From Phoronis australis (Eukaryota; Animalia; Phoronida), in contig NMRA01000554.1 of assembly GCA_002633005.1 (NCBI GenBank), forward strand, positions 124,001 to 188,000: a DNA stretch of 64,000 nt, in the 5' to 3' direction. The notes under the pieces were generated by a model that was not told the DNA's origin, made no database searches, and saw only the letters and a list, made by a program, of their open reading frames with translations. A program made the translations under genes and the position numbers. Below are positions 40,697 through 54,899 of this stretch, piece after piece; position 1 is the stretch's first letter; every line of letters starts with the position of its first letter.

Positions 40697-43600
40697 ATGC
40701 AGGCCCCTGCTTCTCTCAAAGCTATTCAACATTATTTAAAAATTGCCAACGAATATGATTCTAGAGATGGCGTTATTTCCTATTACTGTGAGTAAGATTA
40801 CCAAGGTCTCGTCTAGCGTATGTTTTAGTTCTTTATGTTGACATTCATGAACAGCTGAGCACTCCCATATTACGAGTTCCGTCGTAGCTCCGAGCACTGT
40901 GAAAGTAATGTTATTGTTAGATTGTTAAGCCTGTTGCAGCCTAAACTGACGCCTGCACCAAACTAAAGCTACCGTAAGTTCCCAAATTACTGCATGTGGT
41001 TTATGGATTTTTTGATGCTTATCAGAACGCAAAATTGGCGACACTGAGTGTTCACGTATGCAGGTCATAAGGTCATGTCATATGGATTAACCTCAAGGAG
41101 AAAGTGTCCTGCGAAACTATTACGGCTTACGCACCATGTCGCACTCATTGTTGTCAATTTCAGTTCTAATAAGCATTAAAAAGCCATTGCAAGTAACTAG
41201 GGAACTTGTGTTAGCTTTAGGCTGGCGCAGGCATCAGTTTGCTGCACCAACCAGCAACAAATTGAAGTGCGCCAAATCAGTTTGGCAGTAGAATCATTAG
41301 GCAGCACCCCCTACTGACTTGTGTAGCCTGTATGCTGGAAGGTTTTCTGCAAATAATGCTTAGTCCTGGCTGAACTGTCCGAGTTTAATGACTAGATGTA
41401 CATTCATTTCAAGTGTAGATGGTCATATTTAGAGTCTTTAAATCCATCCCGAACTCGAACAAGTACTTCCACTGTCACCATTTCTTTCCGAATGGCCAAT
41501 TCTGTTTTGATTTTGTCACTGCTGTGTCTATAGCATTTTTAGTTGATCTCAAGAGCAATTTTACAGTTTTCTAAATTATTTTATTTTCATTTTGTGCAAC
41601 TTTGGAGTTTTTCAAGAAAACCATAAAAGTCTTATTTTTAGAGCCTATCTTTCACATTTTATAACAACCCTTTTGGAGACCACACAGTGCATAAAGCATA
41701 TTCTAGTAGAAGCTGAGAGTTTCATATGAATCTGATCAGCCATTTCTGAGATATGATGTTAACCAAATTTGGACATTTTTGTAAAATTTTTGAAAACTAA
41801 CTGCATTTTTGAGATCGCATCTTGACCATGTATATGAAATAAAATTTGGTGATGTTACTGATGCGGTTATTTTGCTCTCAATATCCCGTTCTTTTTTGCC
41901 AAACTTAAACTAAAATGACATAGTCAAATGACCCAATTAATCGCAGATTGGTTAAAAGTCAAAAATCAAATTCTAGACTTTCCACTTCAGAAATCCTTTC
42001 ACTGAGTTAATATCTATAGTTTGTTGTTATTTGGCTAAATTTCCCAACTTGTCAAAAAGATCCTACATGTGGTGGGCAAAGAATGCTTTCCGTCACGGTC
42101 CATGTGTTCAATGTGTGATCTTGTATTCACACATGTTTTGTTAAGTGCCAGTTCTCATAGTCAGTCTTTGCTGTTGATCTTCATGTGTTCAAGGATTACT
42201 CTTTCAGGCCGTTTGTATGCAGTGCAAAAGGGAATTTCGTTGGATAGCTCATCACCTGAGGCAAAGAAATTTCTTTTTGGGTTGATGGACAGTTTGGAAA
42301 AGGTTGGTATTGTTTATGCTATTCAAATTTGGCTGCATTTTTGTATTGCCAGTTAGGTGTTGTCGAGGTCCCAAACTAAGCTGCATAAATCAAGGGAGCG
42401 AATGAATCTTTGACAAAACAATGGATGCATTCTATTCGGTCCATTGTGTTATGATAAAAAATATGAGCACAGCCCCAGAAATCGCGTTCGCATTATATAC
42501 AGGCTATCATTCATTCCCTTGCATACATTCACTAGTACGACCGAGCTCAGAGGAGTAGGAGACACTTGTGTAATGCTCAATTGTCTGCCAGTGTAGCCAG
42601 GATCAAACTCGCGTCTCCCAAACGGGATTCAGGAGCTTGAACCACTGAGCCTTATGGTCTCCTGGTGTTATGATGTGTACTTAGGAGCCCAAACTGATTG
42701 TATTAAGAAGCAGAACAAAGTGCTCTACCCTGAAAACATAACCCAAAACAGTTACTGTAGTTTGCTAAGACGGCGATGCAGGGGGGGTTTCAGGTAATAA
42801 GTTACCGTCGTTACAAAAGAGTGAAATGTTTAAATAACCCATGTGTTGATAGACCATGAAACTGCATTTTCAAAATCCATGTTGATTACAGAATCTTATT
42901 ATACGCTCAAAAGTAATGCCAGATGAGGCTGCGTTTTTTCCAAAACATCTTCTTTGATGGAGATTTCCATAATTTTCAGAAATATTATTTTTTTTACTGA
43001 AACTTGCAAATTCTGCTTTTTTAAGGTAACAGAATAATGAAGCCGAATTTACAAGTTTTGTGCAAAAGAATCATGTTAGTGAAAAACATTGCCATCTCTG
43101 AAAAATCTATTTTTTTTTAGAAAAAGCACAATAATGTGATTACAAATATCTGGGCATTGCTTTCATGCACTTAATTATATTCTGTGATTTTTAAGTTTTA
43201 AAGATAATAGTTTTAGCGGTTTACAATCAATACTTAAAAAGGTTATTCAGGAAATTTGATCCTTGATAACAAAAGTAAACTATTACCTTGATAAGTTCAT
43301 GAAGTTCATGGCATCCAAGTCATGTGAGATACAGGACCTGTCAGTCAGGCTTATTGTCTCATGTTAAGCATGTCCGTTCTTATTGTGCTGACTGCAGATA
43401 TTAGATTCAGTGTAGTGTCGCTAAACTATGTCTACACTAAATATGATGGTATGAAATTACCACAAAATAGATTTTGTGTGATCCCACATGACCCATTTCA
43501 GTGTCAGTTGTAACAAATTTGCTAGGCAAGTATTACTGAAAATATGAAGGTGAGCTTATGTATGTCAGTTTTTGAACAAATTAGCACAAGTTTTGCAGCG

Positions 43601-46600
43601 TTTTACACAGGTAATATTCATGTGTGTTTTCTGACCTTTTTGTTCATTATCTTTCTACAAAAAGTGAAGATTGCATTCTTTGCAATTTCACGATCTGTTC
43701 ACAGTGAACCACATGCTACCTGGTGTCTTGACTAAATGTTGGAAGTTTACACTGCGGGTCCATAAATTTACTTGAAGACACCATATCTGCTTCATTACTT
43801 GCTGTTGTTATTTTTAGGTCAATGGTTACTGCTACCATATTAGTTTTCATGGTGTCATTATTATTGTTATTATTCAGACTAAGACCGCGTTGTCCGCAGA
43901 GGAAGGTATACAGTCTGAGGTAGTGGGTCAAGCGCACGTGGAAGACCAGGCTCTCAGACTGTTCCAGTTTGCTGATAATGAGGACAGAGCTGGGAGGTTT
44001 TCAAAGTAATCAGACATGCCTGCTTTGTACTTACCATTACATTTGTGCTTCTCAGATTTGAGGAAAACATATATATATATATATATGATGAACGTACATT
44101 ATGCAGTTGGGATGTGGGAAACAGCAATAATTACTGATTTTCGGGAGAAACGAAATGAATGTAGACGAGAATGACAAGCAAAACTTTTTGTCACATGGGA
44201 TGTTTTCTCGAGGCAAGACGTCCAAGGCTAGCGATGACAAGAGCCAAAAATTGACACAAAGGTGCATGAAAATACAGCTCACGGCAAAAATAATCAGACA
44301 AAATGACCAGCAATTCTCAAGTTGGCTGAGTACAAGCAGAATACTCACTCAAGAGTAGCTTGAATGACTCATGAGTGATGACTTGTCATGCTGGGGGAAT
44401 GGCATTTTGTCTGATTAGTTTTGGTGTTTACGTACTGTTAGGCTAGAACATGACCAATTTAAGACACAATATGGCTGACAGTTGAAATTTTGTTCATATC
44501 AGATATATAGCACTCAATTAAAGCTTTGCAATGGTCAGTTTTGTGTCATATCTACCATCACGCAAACTCTTGAAAACTTCTGGGTTAACTTGGACATTGT
44601 ACGAAGATCTTGAAAATTGATAAAAAAAGCAATTTCGGCAATTATTGTTGTCTGAAATGGGTTAGGTTTTACCATACACTCCTATTTGTTGATGTCAGTA
44701 GTTATCAAATGATGAGACTGGTGTCCTAGTACTGGGACCACAAGCACATTGTTCTAGTCATGAGACAGATTTTCTTCATTAACAACAGAGGGTACCACAT
44801 TGTGAATAAGGCCCATGAGACATGGCCATGATCATATATGTGCTCACAATTGTAAACTTGGACACATTCATGAGGAAGGCTTTATTTTGCAATTGAACAT
44901 CAAGATTTTTTTCTGAATTTCATCTACACCAAGTTACTTTACTTTTCAGACAGGTGGTGAAATCTTTCTATACGGCTGGGATGCTGTTTGACACACTGGC
45001 ACAGTTTGGAGATATCAGTGAAGATGTAGGTGGCCACGTGTGTTCTACAACGTTGGTTGCTGTATTTGATGTTAAAGCTGCTATAGATCTGCCTTCCATA
45101 AAAATAACTTTAATTTGAGTTCAACCATACAAAACTGGTGCCCGCTTTTTCCCTACTCAAAGTAGTGCTGGTTTATGGATATGGGAAGCAGTTATATTGT
45201 GATATTGCTGGAAACCAGGCTTAATAATTTGCCTTGTTACATCGGACATTTTTATTTTCTCAGCGTTGCCTTGAGCATTAACAAACTGTCGGTTATTTCC
45301 AAGCCCAGATTTTTTGTATCTGTGTATGGTAGTTTTAAGAATGCTAAGTGGGCGTATATACTAGGAAAAATTATCCACAGATACGTCCAGTGCTTTCATT
45401 TGGGAAAAATATTCATGTTTGAATCCTAAAACTTTACTAAGTATCATAGAAATGGACACCATAACCATGCACCTGAAATCATGAATAAATGAACTGCGTG
45501 TGTTGCTATCACTGTGCATTTGGTATTTTGATATGTTATTTAATTTGCAAAATATTTGCCTATTTTCTCATCATTTATACCAGTTCTTACAATACTGCTG
45601 CATTTTAGACTAGAATCTTAACTCTGTACTATCATTAACACAGAATAACACACTTGTGTTTTTATCGTTTGAAAATATGTGAAGATAATCAAGAAATGAC
45701 AGAAGCAAATGATATTCATTTCTCGTCTGTTTTACTTCTTTCAGCTTACCAAAATTGATGCATTCATTCACTCAATGTCTTTGGCTTAACTGCGTCAAAT
45801 TGCACAAAAACGCAACCTTGGACAAACAATTTTTACACAGTTTGAAATTTCTTTTTGTGTAAAGATGATTTTTTGGGGAATTACTTAAACTTACTGATTG
45901 CTGGTGTTCACATTTAGATTGACAAACAGAGAGCATATGCAAAATGGAAGGCAACATACATTCACAAGTGTTTGAAAAGTGGTGAAACGCCAATTCCAGG
46001 ACCTATGCCCGATGCAGGTGGTAAGTGTGTTCTTTGCATTACCCAAGTCTTTGTATGTATATTGTATCTTTTTGCACTGATACATATGGGAATATTAAGA
46101 AATTTCACGTGATTTTATACGGTATAACTCCCACCCGATTTTTTGGTTTGTCAATTTAACGCGACCTGGGTTCATTCATGAAAAGGACTGACAATCCCTA
46201 TTCAAAAGATAACTATGTCAAGGGTCATGGCTAACAAATTAGAACTGACAACTCCATCTTTTGACTAATAGCAACTGTAATAATGAGTTGTGGCCATCAG
46301 CAGAGACCATTTTTTGTGAAATAGCCTCCGAAGTGATGAAGCCATTTACCCAATTAATTCAAGCTATAACTTATAAATATCTAAAACAAATCATACATTT
46401 TGTATATTGTCAAAACTGACTTAAAAATCAAATGCACTCGTGAAACATTGTTACTGCTTTGCATTATTTTGGCGGCAACTTTTAACAAAATTGCAGTATA
46501 TTTTGCAATTTTGGTACAGCTTGATCGTGGGAGCTGCATTTCTCCCACAAGAGATTGCCTCATTGATAGGTTTGGGTTGAATGATGCATGTACTGACTAG

Positions 46601-49010
46601 ATTCAAATGTATACTTAATTTTTTAGCCTAAAACTTAATATTGTGGAATAGTTTCTGTTGTACTTTGAACCGGTTATCATAGGTGGTGAAGATTTCACAG
46701 CAGCCACCCAGCCGGGCACCACACCATCATCATCCGTTTCCTATCAAGATCCGCATGCTGGATACCAGCCTGCAGTTGGTCAGCTACCAGTGCCACCTAT
46801 TGGGAGCCATGCCCCACCTTCCACCCCAGCTGAGCAACCGCAACATGCAATAGGTGGAGCCACTGCATCAGCAGGTAAGTGTAAGTGCTCATCAACATTG
46901 TAGTAAATGAGATTACCAATTTAAATAACCAAATGCTTTCTGTTGCTAGATTATGTGCTTGCTCACTATGTTCTATTTTAAAACTATGGAGCGAAATCTT
47001 GTATGTTGTATTATCTGTAAATGAAATTTTCACATTGCGCATTTGAAAATAATGTGTAGAATAATTTGCAGATAAGACTATTTTGTGTTAAAAAGGTGTT
47101 CCAGCTCAAGAATTGGTAATATTAGTATGAAAAAGTACCTGTGTTACTAATTTTTATGCGCCCACACATATATATGTGGTCACATATTGTCGTCACTTTG
47201 TCGGAGCAAACAGTAGTTAGGTTGTCCAGGTGTCCGCTGGATATCTCAAAAACCCATCGTCGAATTTTAATGAAATTTGGCGCAACGGTGAAGGACATCA
47301 CTAGAACGGTTCATGCCACTTTTCAATCCGCACCACCTGGTGGCCATTTTGTTCTCAACGAGGGGCTTTTCTAGTGTTGTTTTGGAGAAAGAACGTTTCT
47401 GGATTATATCAAGAGAATGGATTTAAGATGGTTTGATTTTCGGACTGATTAGACTACGTAGCACCTCCTAGTGGTCCTTAGAAACATATCATGTGATGCA
47501 CCGAGGGAGCATGTCAACTCCCCAGCACTGCTCTTGTTTTAAACAACTCAACAATTGTGATGACAAATATCATAGATAATATTCATACATTTTTGATGCT
47601 GTTTAGTTAGTTAGGCCAAAAAAGCATAATTAATTCTGATATATGCCCTGACTCATTTTGAGACCTGCAGATAATAACTTGGCCTTATCCGTAAATTTTA
47701 TGAATCCTGAACTAAAACCTCGTTAACTGGCATATCGCATTCTTCAAATTATCCCTCACTCTTTTTATTTATTTTCATTGTTTCTTGATTGTTGTCTTTT
47801 TTTATTTCAATTGTGTTTAGTTTTAAGTGATGTAATAGAATATAATTACACAAATATATCTCTGGCAACATTTCAACAGCTATTTGGAGCCTTTTTATCT
47901 GTATTTTGGATTTCTTACATGAATATAGTTTTCTTTTGCTTATTTCTGCTGGGCCAGTGACCCTTGACTTCCCCGACTGTTGTAATACATCACCTTCATG
48001 TACCTACTTACTTGCTCGTCATGTAATTTTAGAGTTCAGGCATGACACCCTACAACACAGTGGTCTGGTAATAATCAACCTGCTGAAAACATATAGATTA
48101 GCAGTTAATGGTTATTACAGGGCTTGGAATTCTCCTCTCTCAAGGGGATTTAATCTTTTTTTGGTTTCGATTTCCTCTTATTTGATTTCCAGTTTCTTCT
48201 TTTTTGTCTCTTTTTTATCATTATTTGACTGTATTCATGCAAAAAGATTCGTTTCAGTGGAATTTTACTACACAAAAATATTTCTGTTGCACAACTGAAG
48301 CCTATTTATCTGTGCACCGATACATCACCTGGAAAATTTTCCTCTTTTTTGTCATTGGTCATTCCAAGTTCTGTTATTATTAGATTTACAAACCAGATCT
48401 TACCATTTAAGAAAGCAAATTTTGTATGATTGTGCCAACTGGCCGAAATCATTTAAAAAAGTTAGTCAAAGACTGGACGCTTTTCAAAAACAGCTCATCG
48501 CTTTTTTCTCACAATATATTCAGGAGATTACCCTTTGGCTTTTTCTCACTGGCTTTAATCAGCATTCCACACCTTACAACAAGAGAAGTAGTGAAGTTAT
48601 CTTCTCAATTTCCATTAACTTTGACTGTAATCCTTTGTAAGGAATCACCTATTTATAATAAGGTCACTAAAAACAATAGATTTTGCTGGTGTATAGCTCG
48701 GGTAATAGCTAATAACAGCAAGGAGTCGAAAGTATCCAAAAATAGCCCCCCCGCCCCAAGTGAGTTGTTTTGGATGTAAAAACTGAATGTCCTTTTAATT
48801 TGATTTCTGTGTGTAATCCGTTAAAATTGCCATCATTGTTTAATTTATGGAATCAATTTCATTGTGACAGGTTCTGGTAGGACAGTGACGGCCATGGACT
48901 ATGAAAAGGTGATGAAGTACTGTAAGTTTGCGACAAGTGCGTGTCAGTACGAGGACAAAGAGACAGCAATAGAAAATCTGCGTCAGGCATTAGCCCTGTT
49001 GGAGTCATAG
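40697..49010 (+). CDS. VTA1: Vacuolar protein sorting-associated protein VTA1 homolog (LIP5); 274 aa
   Basis: 7 GT-AG exons: 40697-40787, 42208-42302, 43878-44005, 44950-45025, 45918-46020, 46683-46874, 48871-49010 (TAG). Total 825 nt. N-terminal MIT region: IQHYLKIANEYDSRDGVISYYCRLYA, FADNEDRAGRF, KSFYTAG, YAKWKATYIHKCLKSGETP. Then a Pro/Gln-rich linker and the C-terminal VSL domain KYCKFATSACQYEDKETAIENLRQALALL. Confidence 0.96.
42460..42662 (-). mobile_element. tRNA-derived SINE remnant
   Basis: The minus strand reads GGAGACCATAAGGCTCAGTGG (A-box-like) ... GCGAGTTTGATCC (B-box-like) at tRNA-like spacing, with no cloverleaf. The 3' boundary is approximate. Confidence 0.42.
47151..47540 (+). 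mobile_element. HINE-like element of the same family in VTA1 intron 6
   Basis: 5' TTTTTATGCGCCCACACATATATATGTGG. Core motifs GCACCACCTGGTGGCC (47330) and GCACCTCCTAGTGG (47461). 3' GGGAGCAT...GCTCTTGTTTT. Confidence 0.65.
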
Positions 49011-49214
49011 AGAAGATAAGAGTGGCTGGTCATGTGACTGGTCACATGGCTGATCATGTGTTGTTTAACAGGATATGTGCAGAGCTGTTGTGAAATGTTG
49101 GTGGTACCTGCCCAGAGGCTTGTTTATTGAAGGCTTTTAACTCTGAGCTTGAATATAATGTGAGCTATTTGGCATTGCATAGTTTACAGTTAATTTTCTT
49201 TCTTTTTTGTTTTT

Positions 49215-49721
49215 ACTATGCCATCCTCTCCATCTGTATGGCATTGGTTCCACTGCTGTATCTCCAAAACCTCTCAATGGGTGTTTGTGAAATTTTGCAT
49301 ACATGTTCCTATCACGAATGGGATGGCATGAGTGAATTTTTTGAAGCGTGTAACTACCACTCCGCCCGTTACTCTTTACATTTATAACTGTTCTTGATAG
49401 GTTGTCACAAAATTTTTCAAATAAATTTTTATTAAGGAGATGATGCCAGCTTAGGATGATTCCACATGCTGTGCGCCCATTTTTATTATTTTTGCGAGGT
49501 TTGTGACGTCCACCGTGGTGTCTATCAAAAGGCTTGATCGACGTTTGTGGAATTCAGCAGATATGTTTTCATTAAAGAGAGGATTCCCTACCAATTTTTC
49601 AAGGACTTGATTCTCACTATTTTAAGTTTATTATTCCCTCAATTGGGAGTGTTTAAAGTAATGATCATCCCTTGATCTGCACACGTTGGGTGCATATCAA
49701 CGCTCCGTATTGCTCTCGTTT
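49215..49721 (+). mobile_element. Degenerate HINE-like element just downstream of the VTA1 stop codon
   Basis: CTGCTGTATCTCCAAAACC...GAATGGGATGGCATG matches 6835-6915. The 3' end GGGTGCATATCAACGCTCCGTATTGCTCTCGTTT matches 8226-8259. Confidence 0.58.
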
Positions 49722-50390
49722 CAATTGAAGAGCGTCACTTTGGACAGCGCGTGCAAATTTCAGTCTTTGCGCATCAATTTATTGGACAACTTTTCTGATT
49801 CAGACTTGAATCCATCTCTTTGTGAAATCATTCTCTCAGAGATTTTACCAAAGGTCATAAATAGTCATTAGTCACAAGTCTTCATGAAACATGGTCCACG
49901 TACGTCGCTGGGAGTCAGTAGCTATAGTACTACTGCCATCTGTGTTGTGTTGGTGGAAAACAAGACTGCATGTGCTTGGAGAAGAGTTCTGTTTTGATGT
50001 AACATGATTTAGGGAGACCTGATTATGGTTGTGTATAAGACTTACATGTAATGCAATGGTGATTGCAAACCATTTACAGATATTAGAAACATGTTTTTGC
50101 CAGTTTTAATGAGAAACACTGTGATGCTTACTTGTAAACCTAATATGTGGAATGTCTATTATGATCTTGTGGATTTTTCTTTTGTAGCTATAACTTTGTT
50201 GTCCACCACTATGAGTATGATACCAGACCTGCGACTTGATATGGGTAAAAGTGGGTTTCCTTATTTGACACCTTAATCGTTATTTACCATATAAATACGA
50301 TTTCTCTGTATTTCAAAGTCTTACCACATTGTTTCAAAATGATCAAAATTTTACTAAAGCTTGCAATTGCTTACAACAAAGTAAAATTTC

Positions 50391-50712
50391 TTTAAAGCGG
50401 TTGTAAACCCACATTCAGTCGCAAAAGCAAAGTTTTGATTCAGGTCCTTTTTTGCAATAAAATTGGTCTCGACTTACTCTTTACTCAATCTGTTATATCC
50501 TCGAGATGATGCTCGGCACATTCAATGACACGCTCTGACTATCCGATTTGTATAACCCTAAACCTGGTTTCAAGCAATAGCAAATTGTCAATTCTTTTGA
50601 AGCTCTGAAATCACCTCCAATGTGACTAAGGAAAAATATGAGACCAATTTCATAACAGTAAGTGATCTAAATCAAAATTTGTTGTTTTTTGGGGTGGAAG
50701 TGTGTTTATAGG
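50391..50712. mobile_element. MITE with long (~65 bp) imperfect inverted repeats; related sequence at about 61390-61460
   Basis: TAAACCCACATT...TTTTGATTCAGGTCC...AAAATTGGTCTC pairs with GAGACCAATTTC...GATCTAAATCAAAA...GTGTGTTTA. The GAGACCAATT...CTAAATCAAA block recurs at 61390. Confidence 0.45.
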
Positions 50713-51684
50713 TGCTCGCAAGTCTTGTTAACTAATGGTTTCATCCCAAAGGTAGTAAATCTGGGCTGTACATCCAAAATGGGGGGCCTTCATTAAAGGT
50801 CCTGACTTCTGGTTATTGTGTAAAGCTGAACTTTTACTTTTACATATTTGCGCCTCTCCATGATAGAATTCAGGGCAGCAAATCATTGCATAACCTATGG
50901 GGATGTGTATTCCTTTACAGGTAAAATTTCAGTCTTGTGCAATTTCCAGGACTTGGTTAGTTTTGCAATGTCAGAGGGGGCTTTTACTGTTGATCTGTTC
51001 CACCTTTTAAAGCTTGATTGGATTTCGTTTTCTGATAAGGGTATCATATTGGTATACGGCTTTTCTGTCTAGTTACATTGCCTAGTGTTTTGTGGGCCTG
51101 TCCACAATTTGGCAAGATGTGCAGTCTAAGAGGCGAAGCCAGAGGGTAGCCAGTCTTCCTATCTCACTGACGCTGTTCTTCATCATGAACATATTTTATT
51201 TTTTCACGTGCTGTAGTTCCTTTCTCATGTACTACAATTCTTTTCTCCTGAGCCATGATGGTCCTGTTAGTGATGGCCTCTTTGTGGCTAAGTCTTTTCT
51301 CAGAAAAAAAATTCAAATTCATTGAAAAGTAGCTTTGAAAGTGAGATATTCATTTCGTTAGGTTAAACAAAATGTTGGCTTGTTAATTGTGGTGTTTTTC
51401 ATTTGATGTAAAATGTTTACACATAGCATATAATTATTATACAACTAGAAAGTGTTTTTCTTCAACAAGCTAACTGTGCACCATATGTATGATATTATCA
51501 GAAGCTGCCATATTCTACTTCTTGTTCCCCAAAAAGAGGAAAACATTTTATAAGTTCAAGAAACTACCAGGAACACTAGAAATTGTTACTAATTACAAGT
51601 GTTTAATTCTCTTTTTATTATTACAGGTGAACAAAGTACTGATGCCATGTGTTCTAAATTAGCTTGATGTACTCAAAAACACAG

Positions 51685-53006
51685 CATGCTTTGACTGGGA
51701 TGCATTGGCTCCTGGGGGGAGGTATTCCCATAGAGGAGGTACGGGGGTCATTTTTTTAAATTTTAATTCATTAGTATATATAAATACAAAGATGACAGTA
51801 CTACTCAGAAATTTAATTAAGGTTATATCTGGGCAACTGGAAAACATTGTGGAGTTATACAAAACAGTTGTACCTTCAGTTGATATACACGTGGGTATTC
51901 AATATATACACAAGTTACATATATTTAAATACACAAACATACACCCACAGTATACATACAATCATACTAACAAATGCACAGACATTTTGCTCTGCAACAA
52001 TAATTATTAGGCAAATAGTATTTAGCGAATTAGAAAACACAGATATACATGTGGTTTGGAACTTGAAAAGGAAAATACCCCATACTCTAAACTCTGACAT
52101 AAGTTATTCATGACAGAGTGATATGAAAAGCAGTTACAATGTACTTTGGTATAAAGATAAGGTACTGTGGAAAAAGTTGGTAACTTCACTAAAGAGTTAT
52201 TGCTAAAAGACGTTGTTCGGCAAGAGTCTTGAGATCCCGAATGAAAAATTAGGAACTTATATTTCAGTGTTAATCTACCTTTAGAATGCTATTGGTTTTG
52301 CCTTTCGTCAACAGTTTCTAGGGCCTGGGGAACAACAGGTCGCGCAAATGATACATAGTCTATGTAGTGAGCTTATCAGACACTTTTAACTTAATACATT
52401 TATATTAGACATGCCTAGTCACTGGAAATGGTTCTACGCATGCGCGAGTCATGTACTGAGTTGTACGTCAGATTTGGACCAAGCCGGTTTGACTGTCGTG
52501 CAATTAAAATAGACGAAGTCCAGTTTGGGCAGTTCCACAATCGCAAAAAGGAGAAATATTTGGAACATTGTAACCTGAATTAAACCCATTTTAGCAGTTA
52601 ATCTGTTCAGACAACTTTCTCACTGTTTTGTTCGGCCGGGGTATAGACCGGGTGATATTCTTTTCCCAAATGTATTGATGAAAATTAGACCTTACAGCGG
52701 CCTTTACGCATTTGTCATGCAAAATTTGTCTCTTTTTACCCCTCCACCTTTTTATCGTCGACACCAATCATCGTGATGTAACTGAGCCCCGCCCAGTCTG
52801 TAATTAGGTCATCACAGCCAATGATACACCCCACCCCCCTCCGTTTAGGCAATGGTGGAGCGGGTCTCGGCTTTCGTTTGTCTGGGGACTGTGTACAAGC
52901 CTAGTGAAATGTGATCAAATCTTGGAAGCGTGAAACGGCGGTCCCGGTTAGTCAATTCCGGCCCTAAGAGGTGAACCACTGGAGTTTTTTCCAAAAATGT
53001 ATGGTG

Positions 53007-53045
<39 letters not shown>

Positions 53046-54317
53046 NCATGCTTTGACTGGGATGCATTGGCTCCTGGGGGGAGGTATTCCCATAGAGGAG
53101 GTACGGGGGTCATTTTTTTAAATTTTAATTCATTAGTATATATAAATACAAAGATGACAGTACTACTCAGAAATGGAATTAAGGTTATATCTGGGCAACA
53201 GGAAAACATTGTGGAGTTATACAAAACAGTTGTACCTTCAGTTGATATACACGTGGGTATTTAATATATACACAAGTTACATATATTTAAATACACAAAC
53301 ATACACCCACAGCATACATACAATCATACTAACAAATGCACAGACATTTAGTTCTGCAACAATAATTATTAGGCAAATAGTATTTAGCGAATTAGAAAAC
53401 ACAGATATACATGTGGTTTGGAACTTGAAAAGGAAAATACCCCATACTCTAAACTCTGACATAAGTTATTCATGACAGAGTGATATGAAAAGCAGTTACA
53501 ATATACTTTGGTATAAAGAGAAGGTACTGTGGAAAAAGTTGGTAACTTCACTAAAGAGTTATTGCTAAAAGACGTTGTTCGGCAAGTCTTGAGATCCCGA
53601 ATATCTAGGGCCTGGGGAACAACAGGTCGCGCAAATGATACATAGTCTATGTAGTGGGCTTATCAGACATTTACTTTATACATTTATGATATTAGACATG
53701 CTTAGTCACTGGAGATGGTTCTCCGCATGCGCGAGTCATGTACTGAGTTGTACGTCAGATTTGGACCAAGCCGGTTTGACTGTCGTGCAATTAAAATAGA
53801 CGAAGTCCAGTTTGGGCAGTTCCACAATCGCAAAAAGGAGAAATATTTGGAACATTGTAACCTGAATTAATCCCATTTTAGCAGTTAATCTGTTCAGACA
53901 ACTTTCTCACTGTTTTGTTCGGCCGGGGTATAGACGCGGATTGAACCTATTTAGAGCCGGGGGTGATATTCTTTTACCAAATGTATTGATGAAAATTAGA
54001 CCTTACTGCGGCCTTTACGCATTTGTCATGCAAAATTTGTCTCTTTTTACCCCTCCACCTTTTTATCGTCGACACCAATCATCGTGATGTAACTGAGCCC
54101 CGCCCAGTCTGTAATTAGGTCATCACAGCCAATGATACACCCCACCCCCCTCCGTTTAGGCAATGGTGGAGCGGGTCTCGGCTTTCGTTTGTCTGGGGAC
54201 TGTGTACAAGCCTAGTGAAATGTGATCAAATCTTGGAAGCGTGAAACGGCGGTCCCGGTTAGTCAATTCCGGCCCTAAGAGGTGAACCACTGGAGTTTTT
54301 TCCAAAAATGTATGGTG

Positions 54318-54356
<39 letters not shown>
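51685..54356. repeat. ~1.3-kb near-identical tandem duplication (51685-53045 / 53047-54356), each copy ending in (CA)n; probable haplotype duplication artefact
   Basis: Copies are joined by a single N at 53046 and followed by an N gap at 54357-54381. They differ by SNPs and small indels. Confidence 0.9.
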
Positions 54357-54899
54357 NNNNNNNNNNNNNNNNNNNNNNNNNCACACACACCACACACACA
54401 CACACACATCATTTGAAATGCTAAGTATCTTGAAAGTCAAAAACACGTATTTAGCCAATTTCTCTACGTCCTCCTCTTATCTAAACCTATCCGCATCAAG
54501 GTAATCAAACGAAGCATCTATCATACATTTCTCCCTAACGCTTTTATAAAAAGGACATTCAATAAGAAAGTGGCATTCTGTTTCAATCTCTCCGGACAAA
54601 CTTACTCGACTCGCAAGGAGCAAGCGCTCTGTATTTTGTGCCTGAACCTGCTATCCCGGTATCTTACGGATGCTGCAGGATGAGTATACGCAAGTGCATA
54701 CCTAGTCAGCAGCCCGGTGGGATCACTTAACTCCTGTTGAGAGACCAATGAGAACTTTCCCAACGTGACCAAACCAAAAGGTTAAAAAAACCTGAGTCTA
54801 GATAGATTGGGCAAAAGATTCGACATTCAAATTTTGACGGGCCACTGTAACCTAGCCCGACAGACACATCACTGGGCAAATGGGGAGCCCAGTGTGTCC

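Noticed and set aside
51659-53475. Paired 60-100 aa ORFs in the ORF track
   Set aside because: They come from the N-joined duplication of AT-rich non-coding DNA, their frames differ between copies, and they have no recognisable domain.
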